A stretch of DNA of 64,000 nucleotides from Diplonema japonicum (Eukaryota > Protista > Euglenozoa: Diplonemea): assembly GCA_964019335.1 (NCBI GenBank), contig OZ025657.1, forward strand, positions 620,001 through 684,000, given 5' to 3'. The notes under the pieces are model-generated. The model saw nothing but the letters and a program-made list of their open reading frames with translations. It was not told the DNA's origin and searched no databases. The first letter of the stretch is position 1. Every line of letters starts with the position of its first letter. A program made the position numbers and the translations under genes. This document shows positions 43,185 through 54,762 of the stretch, piece by piece.

Positions 43185-45461
43185 ATGCAGTGTTACAAGG
43201 CCGACCTCTGTGAAGATAAATCCAGCATTAAGGCCTTTAGCTTCCCCACGCTTGAGCTGAGTCCCGACGAGCTGAACGTCGCTCAGGCAAACCTGTTGAA
43301 AGGTGTCAAGGTTTTGAAGTATTGTCGAAACGGGAAAAAAAAAGAGAAGGTGCTACGGCTGGACACAGCACGCCTGAAGCTGACGTACACCCCCTCAAAG
43401 AAACCTGTTTCGGACACCACCATCTACATAAAGGACATAAACGAGATACGTGATGTAGAGACAGGGAAGAGCGTGCCGGAGACTGCTATCTTCAAGAAGG
43501 CAGACTCCAAGATAATGTCTGAGACCAAGGAGCTTTGTTCTGCATTTATCTTCAGATCGTCTGAAGGATACAAAAGTCTCAACTTGCAGTTTCAAAGCCA
43601 TGACGAGAAGGTAGACGTGCTGATGGTGATCACCTTCCTTGCGCATAGAACAAGAAGGAGTCTCACCACCGATCCTGAAACACAGAGGATCTTAGAGCTG
43701 TGGATGGAAGCAGATCAAAATAACGATAAACGCCTTTCGCGTGAAGAAGTGACTGTACTGTTGCAAAAACTGAACGTCCAGCTAAACAAATCAGCTCTGA
43801 AGGAGATGTTCGAGCAAGCAGACAAAGACGGCTCCAACTATCTGTCCTTTGACGAGTTCAAGCTGTTCTACAAGGCGCTTCACAAAAGGACCGAAGTAGA
43901 GCGGATCTTCGATAGATTCGCAATGAAAGAAGGTAACCAGAAGTTAATGAAATCCGACCTTTTCTCGGCTTTCCGTAAAGAAAGGCAGAAAGAGAAGATA
44001 GAGGAGAAAGAGGTCAAGGAGGTCATGACACTGTTTGGCGATCCGAACAAAGTTAAAGGTCTCACGTTGTCGCAGTTCACGTCGTACCTGTTCAGCCAAA
44101 GGAACACATGGTGGAAGCAGCACGACAGAGAGAAGATAACGCATGAAATGGGACACCCCCTCAACAAGTACTTTATTGCTTCGAGCCACAACACGTATTT
44201 GAAGGGCGATCAGCTGATCAGCAGGTCCAGTACTGATATGTACAAAATTGTGCTCGAAAAGGGTTGCAGGTGTGTGGAGCTAGACTGTTGGGATGGGCCA
44301 AACGGCGAACCTGACATCTACCATGGCTACACACGCACTTCAAAGATTAAATTCCGCGCTGCTGTGGAAACAATCGGAAAGTACGCTTTCAAGACAACAC
44401 CTTACCCAGTTATCCTCTCTCTGGAGGTCCATACTTCTGTCGAGCAACAGAGGGTAATGGCTAGAGACATGCGGGCTGTATTTGGCGACAACCTCCTGAC
44501 AAGGAGCGACGTCGAAGAGGGGCGGCTTCCCTTCACACCACACGGACTGATGAATAAAATCCTGATAAAGGGCAAGATGGCTCCTGAGCACTACAAGCGG
44601 CGCGACGATGAGGTCTCTGACGAAGAAACAGACGAAGTCAGCAAGCAGGGAAAAGAGAGCCCTGCAGGACATGGACATGCAAAGAAGGTAGCTTTGGAAC
44701 TGTCGGACATAGTGACAATTCGAGCAACCAAAGTGACGGACTGGGGCGAGCGATCGAAGGTCAACGAGATCCAATCCTTCAGTGAAACAGCCTGCAACCA
44801 CATCATCGAGACGGACCCAGCACGCTTTGTGAAGATGAACAAGAGCATGATGTCGCGTGTGTACCCCAGTGGGATGCGCATAGCCAGCGACAACTACGAC
44901 CCCTTTGCTGCGTGGTCGGTAGGCTGCCAATGCGTTGCCCTGAACTACCAGGTTATCGACGCCCCTATGCGGTTGATGGAAACCAAGTTTGAGTCCAACG
45001 GGGGCTGCGGGTACCTCTTGAAGCCAAAGCACCTGCGGGACGAAGGTGGCTTTAACGATTACAGGCAACCCTCGTGCAAACTTGTTGTTACCGTTATCTC
45101 GGGTTACCAAATACCAAAGCCAGCCAAAGGTGTTGTGGTGGATCCATACGTGACAGTGCACATAAACGGCACGAGGGTAGACACGTGCGAACCTCTGTGC
45201 ACAACGGCAAAGAAGAACAACGGTTTCAATCCTATTTGGAACCAGCAGTTCAGCTTCACGATACGCTGCGTCAATATTGCAATGCTGACCCTGAGAGTGC
45301 TCAGCGAGAAGATGGGCACTGATGAAAAGATAGCCGAGTCCTCGATCCCTATTCTATCCCTTCGCAAGGGCTTCCGCTGTGTGCCGCTCAGGAGTATCCA
45401 CGACAGATCCGAACTTGAAAACTCGAGCCTGTTGTGTTGTTTCGATCTTAGCAGTTTATGA
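43185..45461 (+). CDS. PLC: Phosphoinositide phospholipase C, delta-like (PH, EF-hands, X, Y, C2)
   Basis: YFIASSHNTYL, GCRCVELDCWDG, IYHGYT, YPVILSLEVH, SRVYPSG.RI.SDNY, GCQCVALNYQ, NGFNPIWN. Confidence 0.95.
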   Translation: MQCYKADLCEDKSSIKAFSFPTLELSPDELNVAQANLLKGVKVLKYCRNGKKKEKVLRLDTARLKLTYTPSKKPVSDTTIYIKDINEIRDVETGKSVPETAIFKKADSKIMSETKELCSAFIFRSSEGYKSLNLQFQSHDEKVDVLMVITFLAHRTRRSLTTDPETQRILELWMEADQNNDKRLSREEVTVLLQKLNVQLNKSALKEMFEQADKDGSNYLSFDEFKLFYKALHKRTEVERIFDRFAMKEGNQKLMKSDLFSAFRKERQKEKIEEKEVKEVMTLFGDPNKVKGLTLSQFTSYLFSQRNTWWKQHDREKITHEMGHPLNKYFIASSHNTYLKGDQLISRSSTDMYKIVLEKGCRCVELDCWDGPNGEPDIYHGYTRTSKIKFRAAVETIGKYAFKTTPYPVILSLEVHTSVEQQRVMARDMRAVFGDNLLTRSDVEEGRLPFTPHGLMNKILIKGKMAPEHYKRRDDEVSDEETDEVSKQGKESPAGHGHAKKVALELSDIVTIRATKVTDWGERSKVNEIQSFSETACNHIIETDPARFVKMNKSMMSRVYPSGMRIASDNYDPFAAWSVGCQCVALNYQVIDAPMRLMETKFESNGGCGYLLKPKHLRDEGGFNDYRQPSCKLVVTVISGYQIPKPAKGVVVDPYVTVHINGTRVDTCEPLCTTAKKNNGFNPIWNQQFSFTIRCVNIAMLTLRVLSEKMGTDEKIAESSIPILSLRKGFRCVPLRSIHDRSELENSSLLCCFDLSSL

Positions 45462-45907
45462 TGTGTCTTCCCTGTATTGGGGGTTCAATCTTTGCTGTCA
45501 CGTCATTGTCGTGTTTCACGTGTTCGATAAGTGCTTCGTTAATCCACATCACAGCGAACCCGGAGCCTTGCAACCCTGATGGTAAGCATGTTTACTGCGG
45601 GATGCTAGGCACATGCTGCCGCTTTCTGTCTCCCCCCCCCCCCTTTTTTTCTTCTTCTTTTAGCTGCAATTAAAAAAAAATTGCATATTTGTTGTGGAGT
45701 AGGAAATAATTCAGTTGTTCGTGATGTACTGAAGCTGGGTTATTAGCTTTGAAAAAACCCCTTCTTTTTTACTGACATTAAGTAGTGCTGAAGACTTGTC
45801 CATGCTCTAGGTAGTGAGTATAGAACGTTCGTAGATAGGGGGTTGGCAGTTTGTTTTATTAACCTTCGTCAATGCAACCTCACAAAAAGGGATAACAACA
45901 ACAAACC

Positions 45908-48100
45908 ATGATCACCGGCATACGCCGTTACTTGTCGAATGTCGTCAACACCACAGGCAGGTCCGCCATCAGGGGGATGGCCTGTGTTGGCGAGAGTGTC
46001 GTGAGGCCTGAGCTTGCGGAGGATCTCAACCCGTTAACCGTGCCACCGTCCACATTTGCCATGAGGGTCCCCGGAAAGCAGAGGAGATACTACAGCACTC
46101 CTCCCAGAGAGGAAAAGAAGGAAAAGAAGGGGAAGACGAGAAGGAAGGTTACCATTCTGGACATCATGAAGAAGCACCAGAACAAAGAACCCATCACCAT
46201 GATCACCTGTTACGACTATCCCACGTCCACCATCATCGATGATGTGGGCGTGGATCTTGTTCTCGTCGGTGACTCTGCTGGCATGGTGGTGCACGGTCAC
46301 GAGTCCACCGTCCCCGTGAGTGTCGATGATATCATCAGCCACTGCAGGGCCGTGAGGCGTGGCTCTAAGCGTTCGTTCGTCATTGCCGACATGCCCTTTG
46401 GATCTTTCGAAGTCGATATAAAGGAGGCTGTCCACAACGCCCTTAGGATGGTGAAGGAAGGTGGTGCTGATGCTGTGAAACTCGAGGGAGGTGTCAGGAT
46501 GGCTAAAACTGCCGAAGCCATTGTCCAGGCGGGTGTCCTTGTAATGGGACATGTGGGGCTGACACCTCAGACATCAGCTGCCATGGGGGGCTTCAGGGTT
46601 CAAGGCAAATCTGCTGCTGCTGCACAAACTCTCTTGGAAGACGCGAAATCTTTACAGGAAGCTGGTTGCTTTTCTGTTGTCATCGAGGGAGTGCCACCTG
46701 AGGTCTCCAGCTACCTAACCACCAACCTGTCGATCCCGACCATCGGCATCGGCGCTGGGAAGGACACGTCGGGCCAGGTGCTCGTGCTCCACGACATGAT
46801 CGGTCTCAACCCAGGCAGGACACCCAAGTTCTGCAAGAAGTACGCCGACGTGTCTGCTTTGATCAAAGAGGCCATCCAGGGCTACACCGATGATGTGCGC
46901 AGTGGTAGCTTCCCGACACCCGAGTACTGCTACAAGATGCCTGAAGGAGAACTCGAGAAAATGAAACTAATCCTAAACCTATCTGCAACCACTAAGAGTG
47001 CGTCCTCTGGTGCACCCGCACCTACGTACGACAAAAGGAAGGCGCGTCACATTGGGAGCGACATGAAGAAGATAGCTGTGATAGGGGGAGGCGCAATGGG
47101 TTCGTTCATCGGGGGGTGCTTGGCACGTCAAGGCTCTAGCAAGGTGTGGATGGTAAGTGACTGGAGCGATCATGTGAATCACATATCGATGAACGGCTTG
47201 AGGCTCGACTCCTTCGAGGGCGGCTCAAGCTCCGTCATCAACACCATTCGCGCTACCTCCAACGTGAGCGAAGTCCTCGCTGAAGACGGCCACATGGACA
47301 TGGTCATCATCCTCGTAAAGTCCCCAAACACTGTTTTCGCGGCTGAACGTGCAGCACAGCTGATCCACCCCGACCACGGACACATCCTCACCCTGCAGAA
47401 CGGAGTGGGGAACAGAGAGTCCATCCTCAGCGTCATCGACTCCCCCGACAGGGTGATCCAGGGCGTCACTGCGCACGGTGCCCTACTGATGGGAACGGTA
47501 TGTGTATTATTATTGTGTTATTCAAACTCCACAGGGGCACGTGCAGCACACCGGGATGGGAACCACTACCCTGGCGCTGCCTGCGTCTTCTCTTGCTGTG
47601 CAGCAAGCCGTCGGGAACATCGCTAGAATCCTGACCCTCGCTGGGATCGACACCTCACTGGGCGAATGCGCTGCAATGGACAGTGTGGTGTGGGGCAAGC
47701 TCATCATCAACGCGGGGATCAACCCCTTGAGCGCCCTCTTCAGGGTCAAGAACGGCGTCCTTGCGGAGAACGCTATGTGCAGGGAGCTCCTTGCGAAGAC
47801 GGTGATGGAGGCTGCAGAGGTCGCCGATTCGAAAGGCATCAAGCTGCCCTTCAGCAACCCTATCGAGATGGCGCTTAAGGTGGCGAAGAACACAGGAAGC
47901 AACCAGTCATCCATGCTGTGCGACGTGCTGCGTGGTGTGCAGACGGAGATCGATGCCATCAATGGGGCTGTCGTCCGCGAGGGTATGCACCAGGCTACAC
48001 ACACTAGTGACACACAGGGCTCGGGCTTGGCGTCAATGTGAGCACGAATGAGAACCTTGTCGAGATGGTGAACAGCAACCACAGGTTGATGTTTGCTTGA
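45908..48100 (+). CDS. panB-panE: Fused ketopantoate hydroxymethyltransferase (PanB) + ketopantoate reductase (PanE), with mitochondrial-type presequence, 3 exons
   Basis: PanB: LVGDS, IADMPFGS, AVKLEGG, VMGHVGLTPQ, IGIGAG..SGQVLVLHD. PanE: IAVIGGGAMG, TLQNGVG, WGKLIINAGINPL, SSMLCD, TEIDAING. Introns 47498-47534 and 47983-48017. Confidence 0.93.
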
Positions 48101-49214
48101 GCGGCATTACTCAAAGAAAACACAAAAAACAAAAGGGAAAAAAGAAAAAAAAAAAAAAAAAAAAAACAAAACAAAACAAAAAAAAGCATAAATATAATGG
48201 GTTGGGTTCTTTAACGTTGCAAAAAAGAAGTGGGTGGCAGCAAGGGTCCTATGCTCCCAATGAGCAGGCTACCTTTATCCCCCAGTTCCGCTTTAAGAAA
48301 AAAAAATGAAAATATTGTGAAGTGAAAAAGAAATGTCAGACTGAAAAAACTCCCGGCCCTGTCAAATTTTTGGGTGCTTAAAAAAAGCTCCTTCAGTTGC
48401 CTCTAAGAAGAATTCTCCCGCCCAAGAAAATGTCCGGTTTGACAATTTTCGCGGACGAAACGGAAAAACTCGAATTTCATTTATCAGCCGACACTTTTTT
48501 TTTTTTTCATCTTTACAGTAATAATAATAATAAAGAAAAAACTAAAAAAAAAAAAGGAGAAAACCAATGCAAGTTTCTCCTGTCCTGTTTGCCCCCTGTG
48601 GGTTTCCGCTTTTTCGTTTCTTTTTCTTTCTCACAATCTTCTCTCGCACTTTCGTGCCTCCATTGCAAACTCTACGTGGTCTGTTTTAGCTTTTGTGCCC
48701 GTAAAGTGGTCGTGGGGGCTCTTTGAGCCCTTCGGCCATTACATGAGCAGCTTTTATTTTGAAGTCTTCTTTTTTTTTTTTTTTTTTTGAATTTATTTCC
48801 ATCAAAGGAGAAAACAGGGGATGACCCTAAACACTGCTTCTGCTGGATCTTTTTTTTCTTTTGAATCTTTCTTTTTGATTTTTTTTTCTTTGGCAAGCAT
48901 CCGTAGATGACATTTGTGTGTTTCTTTTTTCCTCTTTTTTTTTTTTAAATCCCTTTCCTTTATCACGGTCCATAACTCTAGTAAGAAGTACTAGACATGG
49001 CTTCCCTTCCTAAAGTACGCTTTGCTTTTTGCTACTTTTGCAACCGACGGGGGGACAGGGAGGATCACACCTATACAGAGGACTCCGGAATATGGATTTT
49101 GAGCACTTCGAGATTTTGGCCCACGCCAACCAAGGTTAAAACATGTATTTTTTTTTCCCATTTCTTTTTTATTTTTATTTTTCTGCACGTGCTGTGGTAA
49201 AAAAGAGAAAAGAG

Positions 49215-49246
<32 letters not shown>

Positions 49247-50274
49247 TCCTTGGTTCGTGCTTTCTGAGGCAAAGGGGGGGAGAAATGAAAGGAAACCTAA
49301 ATGTTGGCAAGATTTCTCAATGAGCTTCCTCCTTTCCCTTTCATACAAGTAGAACAAGGCATGTATTCTGTTCCCGTTCCTATTTGAAATGGATAGAATA
49401 AAAAAAGAAAAACCCTCAGTACGAAACGAAATCTTTTTCTATTCATAACTTCAAAATGCCAACTTAGAAAGAGAGAGAGAAGGGGTGCGAGCGCAAGTGC
49501 CTCAGTCTAAATCCCTGAGTCCGTGGTGGTAGGTCGGTGGACCTGATTTACTTTTTAAATTTTACTTTTGAAATAAGAAATTTCTTCTTAATTTTCTCTC
49601 AGCGAGCCATCGAAGACTGCACGCGTTCTGCTGCTCACAGTGCCAAAACCGCAAAGAAAAAAAAAAAAAAAAAAAGCATCTTCGTGTGGCTTTGTAAGGA
49701 GAGAGAAGGAAGAAGAGAGGCCTCTTTTCAATTGTTATTTCTGTTAAGATGATAAATGTTCTTCGGGTGAACGGTAAATGCTGCCATTTCTTCTCTTTTT
49801 GTTTTTTACCCAGAAAAAGAATCACTTTCCCCCCTTTAAAACGATCCCCCCTGTTGTGCAAAATCAGCATCTCTCTGTAAGCAAGAAGTAAAAAGTACTT
49901 TAAAAAAAAAAAAAAAAGAAGGGAAAACAAAAGCCCAAAACTAAAAAGGAAAAGAGCAAAACCTCTATCGACCTTTGTTCTGTTTCCGTTCAGTGATCCC
50001 TTTCTTGAACTCCCTGTAACTGTGAGGTGCAAACCACGCCTCACATCAATAGGTTGGACGCACTCTTCGTCGCCTTGATTGTTTATTTCTTATTTCTTAT
50101 CTTTTTTTTTCTTCACCTCTTTTCTTTACGCCCCTCCATCCTTGTCCCCTCCGTAGCATCTTGCTCCTTTTTTTTTCTTCATGGATCTTCCTTTTTTTCA
50201 TTGTCTTATTCTTCCCGCCTTGTTTGTTATTTCACACACACGAGCCACCCTATCAGGGACAACGATCGAGCAAC

Positions 50275-51066
50275 ATGATGCTTGCAGCACTGCTTCTGTC
50301 GGCGGCCCTCACAGAGAACCCCCCCTCAAGAACGGTCCCTTGCCAAGACGAGGGGATGTACTTGAAGCAAGCTGGGTGTGTCCCCGTGCGATGCGGTTCC
50401 ATTGTGGACGAGAATGTGCTGAGCGAGGAGGAAGTACTCGAGTTCCGCACAATGGTCAAGAAAGGCTTCACGCTGGGTGAGGTGACGAGCTCTGCTGGGA
50501 TCCTCGACCTCCAACACGGTGCTGTGAGTTACAAGGACAGCTTCCTCAACTATCACAAGATGGCACACGCCTTCAAAGAGAAAGGGAAGGCGGACATGCT
50601 GCTGACCAGACCTATCATCGAAAAGTACAAAGTGCACATCAAGAACCTGGCTGCTTTGGTAGAGCGGGAGTTTGGGTTGCACCAGGGTACCTTACGCCTG
50701 GCAGCACCTTCTTTTATATCGCAGCTCACTCCGCAGAAGCATCACACGGTTAACGATGAGTATTGGCACACGCACACCGACACCGAGCAGTACGGGTCCT
50801 TCGTCTTCACGACGTTGACCTACCTTTCCTCGCAGGGCAGCGACTTCGAGGGTGGTTCCCTCGTGATGGATGGGGAGCCTATCGTACCCCGCGCTGGCAT
50901 GGTCATCGCCTTCACCAGTGGGAAGGAGAACCCACACAACGTGGAGAAGGTAACCTCCGGCACACGCTACGCCATGACAACAGCCTTCACTTGCCAAGGG
51001 GGCACCCCACTGGACTCATTGTTCGCTGACCTGCCGCTGCAAGACGACATCCAAGACGAGTTGTGA
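50275..51066 (+). CDS. 2OG-Fe(II) oxygenase, OGFOD3-like, ER-luminal
   Basis: Signal peptide, EYWHTHTD..QYGSF.FT.L.YL, F.GG, FTSG.ENPH.V..V.SG.R. C-terminal QDEL. Confidence 0.85.
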   Translation: MMLAALLLSAALTENPPSRTVPCQDEGMYLKQAGCVPVRCGSIVDENVLSEEEVLEFRTMVKKGFTLGEVTSSAGILDLQHGAVSYKDSFLNYHKMAHAFKEKGKADMLLTRPIIEKYKVHIKNLAALVEREFGLHQGTLRLAAPSFISQLTPQKHHTVNDEYWHTHTDTEQYGSFVFTTLTYLSSQGSDFEGGSLVMDGEPIVPRAGMVIAFTSGKENPHNVEKVTSGTRYAMTTAFTCQGGTPLDSLFADLPLQDDIQDEL

Positions 51067-51148
51067 AGAGTGACAAGAGCTTTATCTGTGATTGCTAACG
51101 AGCGTACAGTTCTTGCATTTATAACCCGCACTCACCCCCCTGCAGGAG

Positions 51149-52996
51149 ATGGCTCAGTATGACGAGATCTACCAGCTGATCGACAGGGACGATGGTGGTG
51201 TCTCTTCGGACACAATACTGGAAACGCTGAGTGGCATTCCTGGGCTGCGGGAGGCGACCATGAGGGAGGCCATACAGCAGGTTGTGGAACGGGAGGAGGA
51301 GGTGTCTGTTGTCGAGTTTAACGAAGTGATGGACAGCTTGCAGGAAGGCTTGGGGGTTGATACAGACGCGATGCTGCTGAAGTTATACACAGTGCTGCTG
51401 CATGAAGTGTTCGCTTTGAGATGTGGGAAGGATGGCAAAATGACCAAATCAGACCTGAAGAGGTACTTGGAAAGCCTTCAAGGCGGCAAGAGAGTGATGC
51501 CGCAGGAGACGGACAGGTACCTCGGTGTCGCAGATTTAGAGAAGAAATCCATCACACGCGATGAGTTTGTGTACTTTTTGACAGATGTGATGCCAGTGGA
51601 GAGGGACGACATCAGCCTTGCGGACTACATCATAGGAGGGAGGACAGGGCAGGCCAGCACCGCTTTTGAGGCACTGCGTGCAAAAGGGGTCGGGAAGCTT
51701 GCACTCTCTTTCAACGTCCTGAAAGGCACCATGGGACTCAAGAAGGACAAACAAGCAGACGCATACCCAATGTCCCCCACAGTAGCCTCTCCTAAACGCA
51801 GAGCATCTGTTTCACCACCCCCCAATACGAACACAGGGTTACTCAAGACAGGTTGGGGGAAAGTCAAGGAGCGTCTCTCCTCATCGTCGCCTGTGTCGTC
51901 ACCCAACGCGCCGGAAAGGCCGTGTGTGCAGTGCGGGCAGCATGAGATCACTGTTGCAGAGCTCCGGTCGGACCTAGTGAAGTCCAAGAGAGCTACCATG
52001 GAAAAGGACAGCGAAGTCCTCATGCTGAAGAAAAGGCTTGAGAAGATCAAGCGGGAGACCACCAGCCCACCGCCAGATGGTGCACTAGAGGCTGCCGAGA
52101 ATAAGAATATAGAGCTTGTGGGGAAGAACAGACAACTGAAGCAGCAACTGAGCGACTTGCAGGCACACGTAGCCTCCGTGATCGAGGACAGGAATAATAA
52201 GGTAGGAAGGGTCTCGGAACTAGGGATACAATTAGAGTCAACAATGGACAGAGCAATGCTGCTTGAGAAGGAGCTGGATAAGGAGAAGGAAAAGTACGAC
52301 GAGGCAATCAAGATGCGCAGGCAGCACAACGAAGTGGAGACAAAGAGAATGACGGAGAATGCGAAGATGAAAGCAGAGCTGAGGGAGAAAGAAGAGTCCT
52401 TGAGCATTGCGAGGAAACGACTAGAGGAGCTCGAGATAGAGAAACGCCTTGCGGAAGTGGAGTACAGTGACACTGTAATGTCGCCGTTCAGCGGACGGCA
52501 CGACGGGCTGAGCGCGGACGGGTCCGACGGGGGGGATAATGTTATGTTCCTGTCGCCACAGAAGTGGGCGCCAGCTACCAAGAGCCAGAGCACGCTGTTC
52601 GACACCACGGAGGCCATCGTGCACACATTCACTCCTCCCATCTCACCGAAGTCTGTGCTTCTCGATATTTACGTAGTCAACACACACGTCCCAGAGTACA
52701 TCACCTTCCGTGACACGGAGGGCCTGCGCTCGGTGTGTCTTGTCATCAACGGAGCTCTCATCGCGCCTGCTGGCTCCACGCAGTCCGCTCCTCTGCCCTC
52801 TGGCACCTGGCACTCCGTCTCCATTGTCATCAACTGGGCAGATTCCACATACACCGTATACATGGGCTCTACAGGTACTTTTTTGAAGATCCCCTTCCGT
52901 GATGCAGCCACACATCTCGCCGTGTTCGACATCCACCCCCGCACCGCAGCAGGTGTGCACTACGCGAATATTAGATTCATCGCGGAGGACGAATAG
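51149..52996 (+). CDS. EF-hand + coiled-coil protein with C-terminal beta-sandwich domain
   Basis: IDRDDGGVSSDTI and KDGKMTKSDL loops, a long coiled coil, and a lectin-like tail GTWHSVSIVINWADSTYTVY. Confidence 0.7.
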   Translation: MAQYDEIYQLIDRDDGGVSSDTILETLSGIPGLREATMREAIQQVVEREEEVSVVEFNEVMDSLQEGLGVDTDAMLLKLYTVLLHEVFALRCGKDGKMTKSDLKRYLESLQGGKRVMPQETDRYLGVADLEKKSITRDEFVYFLTDVMPVERDDISLADYIIGGRTGQASTAFEALRAKGVGKLALSFNVLKGTMGLKKDKQADAYPMSPTVASPKRRASVSPPPNTNTGLLKTGWGKVKERLSSSSPVSSPNAPERPCVQCGQHEITVAELRSDLVKSKRATMEKDSEVLMLKKRLEKIKRETTSPPPDGALEAAENKNIELVGKNRQLKQQLSDLQAHVASVIEDRNNKVGRVSELGIQLESTMDRAMLLEKELDKEKEKYDEAIKMRRQHNEVETKRMTENAKMKAELREKEESLSIARKRLEELEIEKRLAEVEYSDTVMSPFSGRHDGLSADGSDGGDNVMFLSPQKWAPATKSQSTLFDTTEAIVHTFTPPISPKSVLLDIYVVNTHVPEYITFRDTEGLRSVCLVINGALIAPAGSTQSAPLPSGTWHSVSIVINWADSTYTVYMGSTGTFLKIPFRDAATHLAVFDIHPRTAAGVHYANIRFIAEDE

Positions 52997-53062
52997 ACTA
53001 GTAGTACATTGTACCTGCAACTTGACTGTAGTGTCACTTAAGACAACATAGGGTTAACTAAA

Positions 53063-54016
53063 ATGTCGTCTATAAAGGACAAGAAGAAGAACCGCCTCCA
53101 AGGAGGAGGTGTGAAGAAGAAGAAGGTACCTGTGAAGGAAGATGCCGCACCGAGCAGTCACTGGCAGGAACACAAACCGGACATGACTAAGGAGGAGCAG
53201 CGAGCCAAGCTGCTGCCGACCATCTCGGGGGAAATGGAGGAGAATAACCTTATGCCGAAGGGGTTGTGCTTTATCGAGGACTTCATTACGGAGAAGGAAG
53301 AAGCCGAATTGCTAGCATTCTTTCAGAACGAGGAATGGGACCCCGATACGGGTCTCGAGAGGCGCACGCAGCAGTGGGGCTATGCCTTCGATTACACTGA
53401 GATGACTGTAGTTGGCGAGGGTAAGCCAATGCCACCCATTTTGGCACCTATCATCGAGCGCATGATGGGTGTAAAGGAGGAGTCGGGCGACAAGGTGGCG
53501 AAGATAGGTCGGTACCCCTACCCGACACCTCCCACGCAGCTGATCGTCAATGAGTATACCCCAGGGCAGGGCATCCATGCCCACGTCGACAGGTCGTGCT
53601 TCGGGAACTGCGTCGCAACCCTGGCGATGGGCTCGCACTGCAGGTTCATCCTCGACAATGCTGAGGAGTCCAACACCACGCTGTTGAATGACTTCTCTAA
53701 GATGCCCGCCTACGCCAGGACAGGCATGCAGCCCACCACTGCGTCTGCGAAGTCTCTTTTCTTCCCCCGCAGAGCCATCATCATGATGAAAGATGACGCC
53801 CGCCACACATGGACACACATGATCCCCAACACCACCTTTGACGAAGTACCAGCTACAGGCGAGCGCCTGCCACGCACCACGAGGGTCTCCCTCACCTTCA
53901 GGACATTGAACAAGAAAGCAATGTCTAATGTGGGCAAGAAAACCGACTATTCAAAAGCGTGGAACGGTAAAGTCCCCCCAAAGAAGGAAGAAACGCCACC
54001 TAAGAAAGAGGAATAG
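53063..54016 (+). CDS. AlkB-family 2OG-Fe(II) dioxygenase
   Basis: GL.FIEDFIT..EE..LL, RRTQQWGY.FDY, VNEYTPGQGIHAHVD, WTH.I, RVSLTFR. Confidence 0.9.
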   Translation: MSSIKDKKKNRLQGGGVKKKKVPVKEDAAPSSHWQEHKPDMTKEEQRAKLLPTISGEMEENNLMPKGLCFIEDFITEKEEAELLAFFQNEEWDPDTGLERRTQQWGYAFDYTEMTVVGEGKPMPPILAPIIERMMGVKEESGDKVAKIGRYPYPTPPTQLIVNEYTPGQGIHAHVDRSCFGNCVATLAMGSHCRFILDNAEESNTTLLNDFSKMPAYARTGMQPTTASAKSLFFPRRAIIMMKDDARHTWTHMIPNTTFDEVPATGERLPRTTRVSLTFRTLNKKAMSNVGKKTDYSKAWNGKVPPKKEETPPKKEE

Positions 54017-54253
54017 CTTCGATGCCACACGCGCACCGTCTTGCCCATAGTGCCCATAGTGCCGGCTGTCAAGGCTGGTTTCTCTTTTTTTCTTTTTTTG
54101 TTTATTGACATTATTTTTATTTTGAATCAAAACTCATTCTCACCACAGGATCCTTCACACCCCCTCGGGGGTCCGGGCCAGATTACTCTCCTCTAAGCAA
54201 CTATTGCTCCTCCTGCTTCTCTGTCCTAACACAAGCTTCTCTGTGCCCTTCAG

Positions 54254-54762
54254 ATGGTTGTCGAGCGCACCTTTGTTGCTGTGAAGCCAGATGGCGTGCA
54301 GAAATGTCTTGTGGGTGAGGTGATTAAGAGGTTCGAGCAGAAGGGGTACAAGATGGTGGCGATGAAGATGATCCACCCGACGATGCTCCAGGCGGAGAGG
54401 CACTACAAGGAGCATACAGCGAAGCCGTTCTTCCACTCATTGTGTGAGTACTTCACATCGGGTCCCGTTGTGGCGATGGTGTGGGAGGGGCATGACGTCG
54501 TTCAGGGTATTAGGAAGCTCTTAGGGGCAGCAAGTGCTGACCGCCAAGGGACTATAAGGGGCGACTTCTGCATTGATGTGCTGCGCAATGTAGCCCATTC
54601 GTCTGACTCGGTACTGTGGAGAAAAAAAAAAAAAAAAAAAAACAGGTCGAAGACGGGGTACGTGAAATCAGCATGTGGTTCTGTGCCAATGAAATCATCA
54701 GCTGGAACAAGGCAGCCGAAGCGGAAGAGAAGGATGATGATGACTGGCTCTATGACACTTAA
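54254..54762 (+). CDS. NDK: Nucleoside diphosphate kinase, 2 exons
   Basis: ERTFVAVKPDGV, SGPVVAMVWEG, GTIRGDF, NVAHSSDS. Intron 54611-54645 restores VEDGVREISMWF...WLYDT*. Confidence 0.93.
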
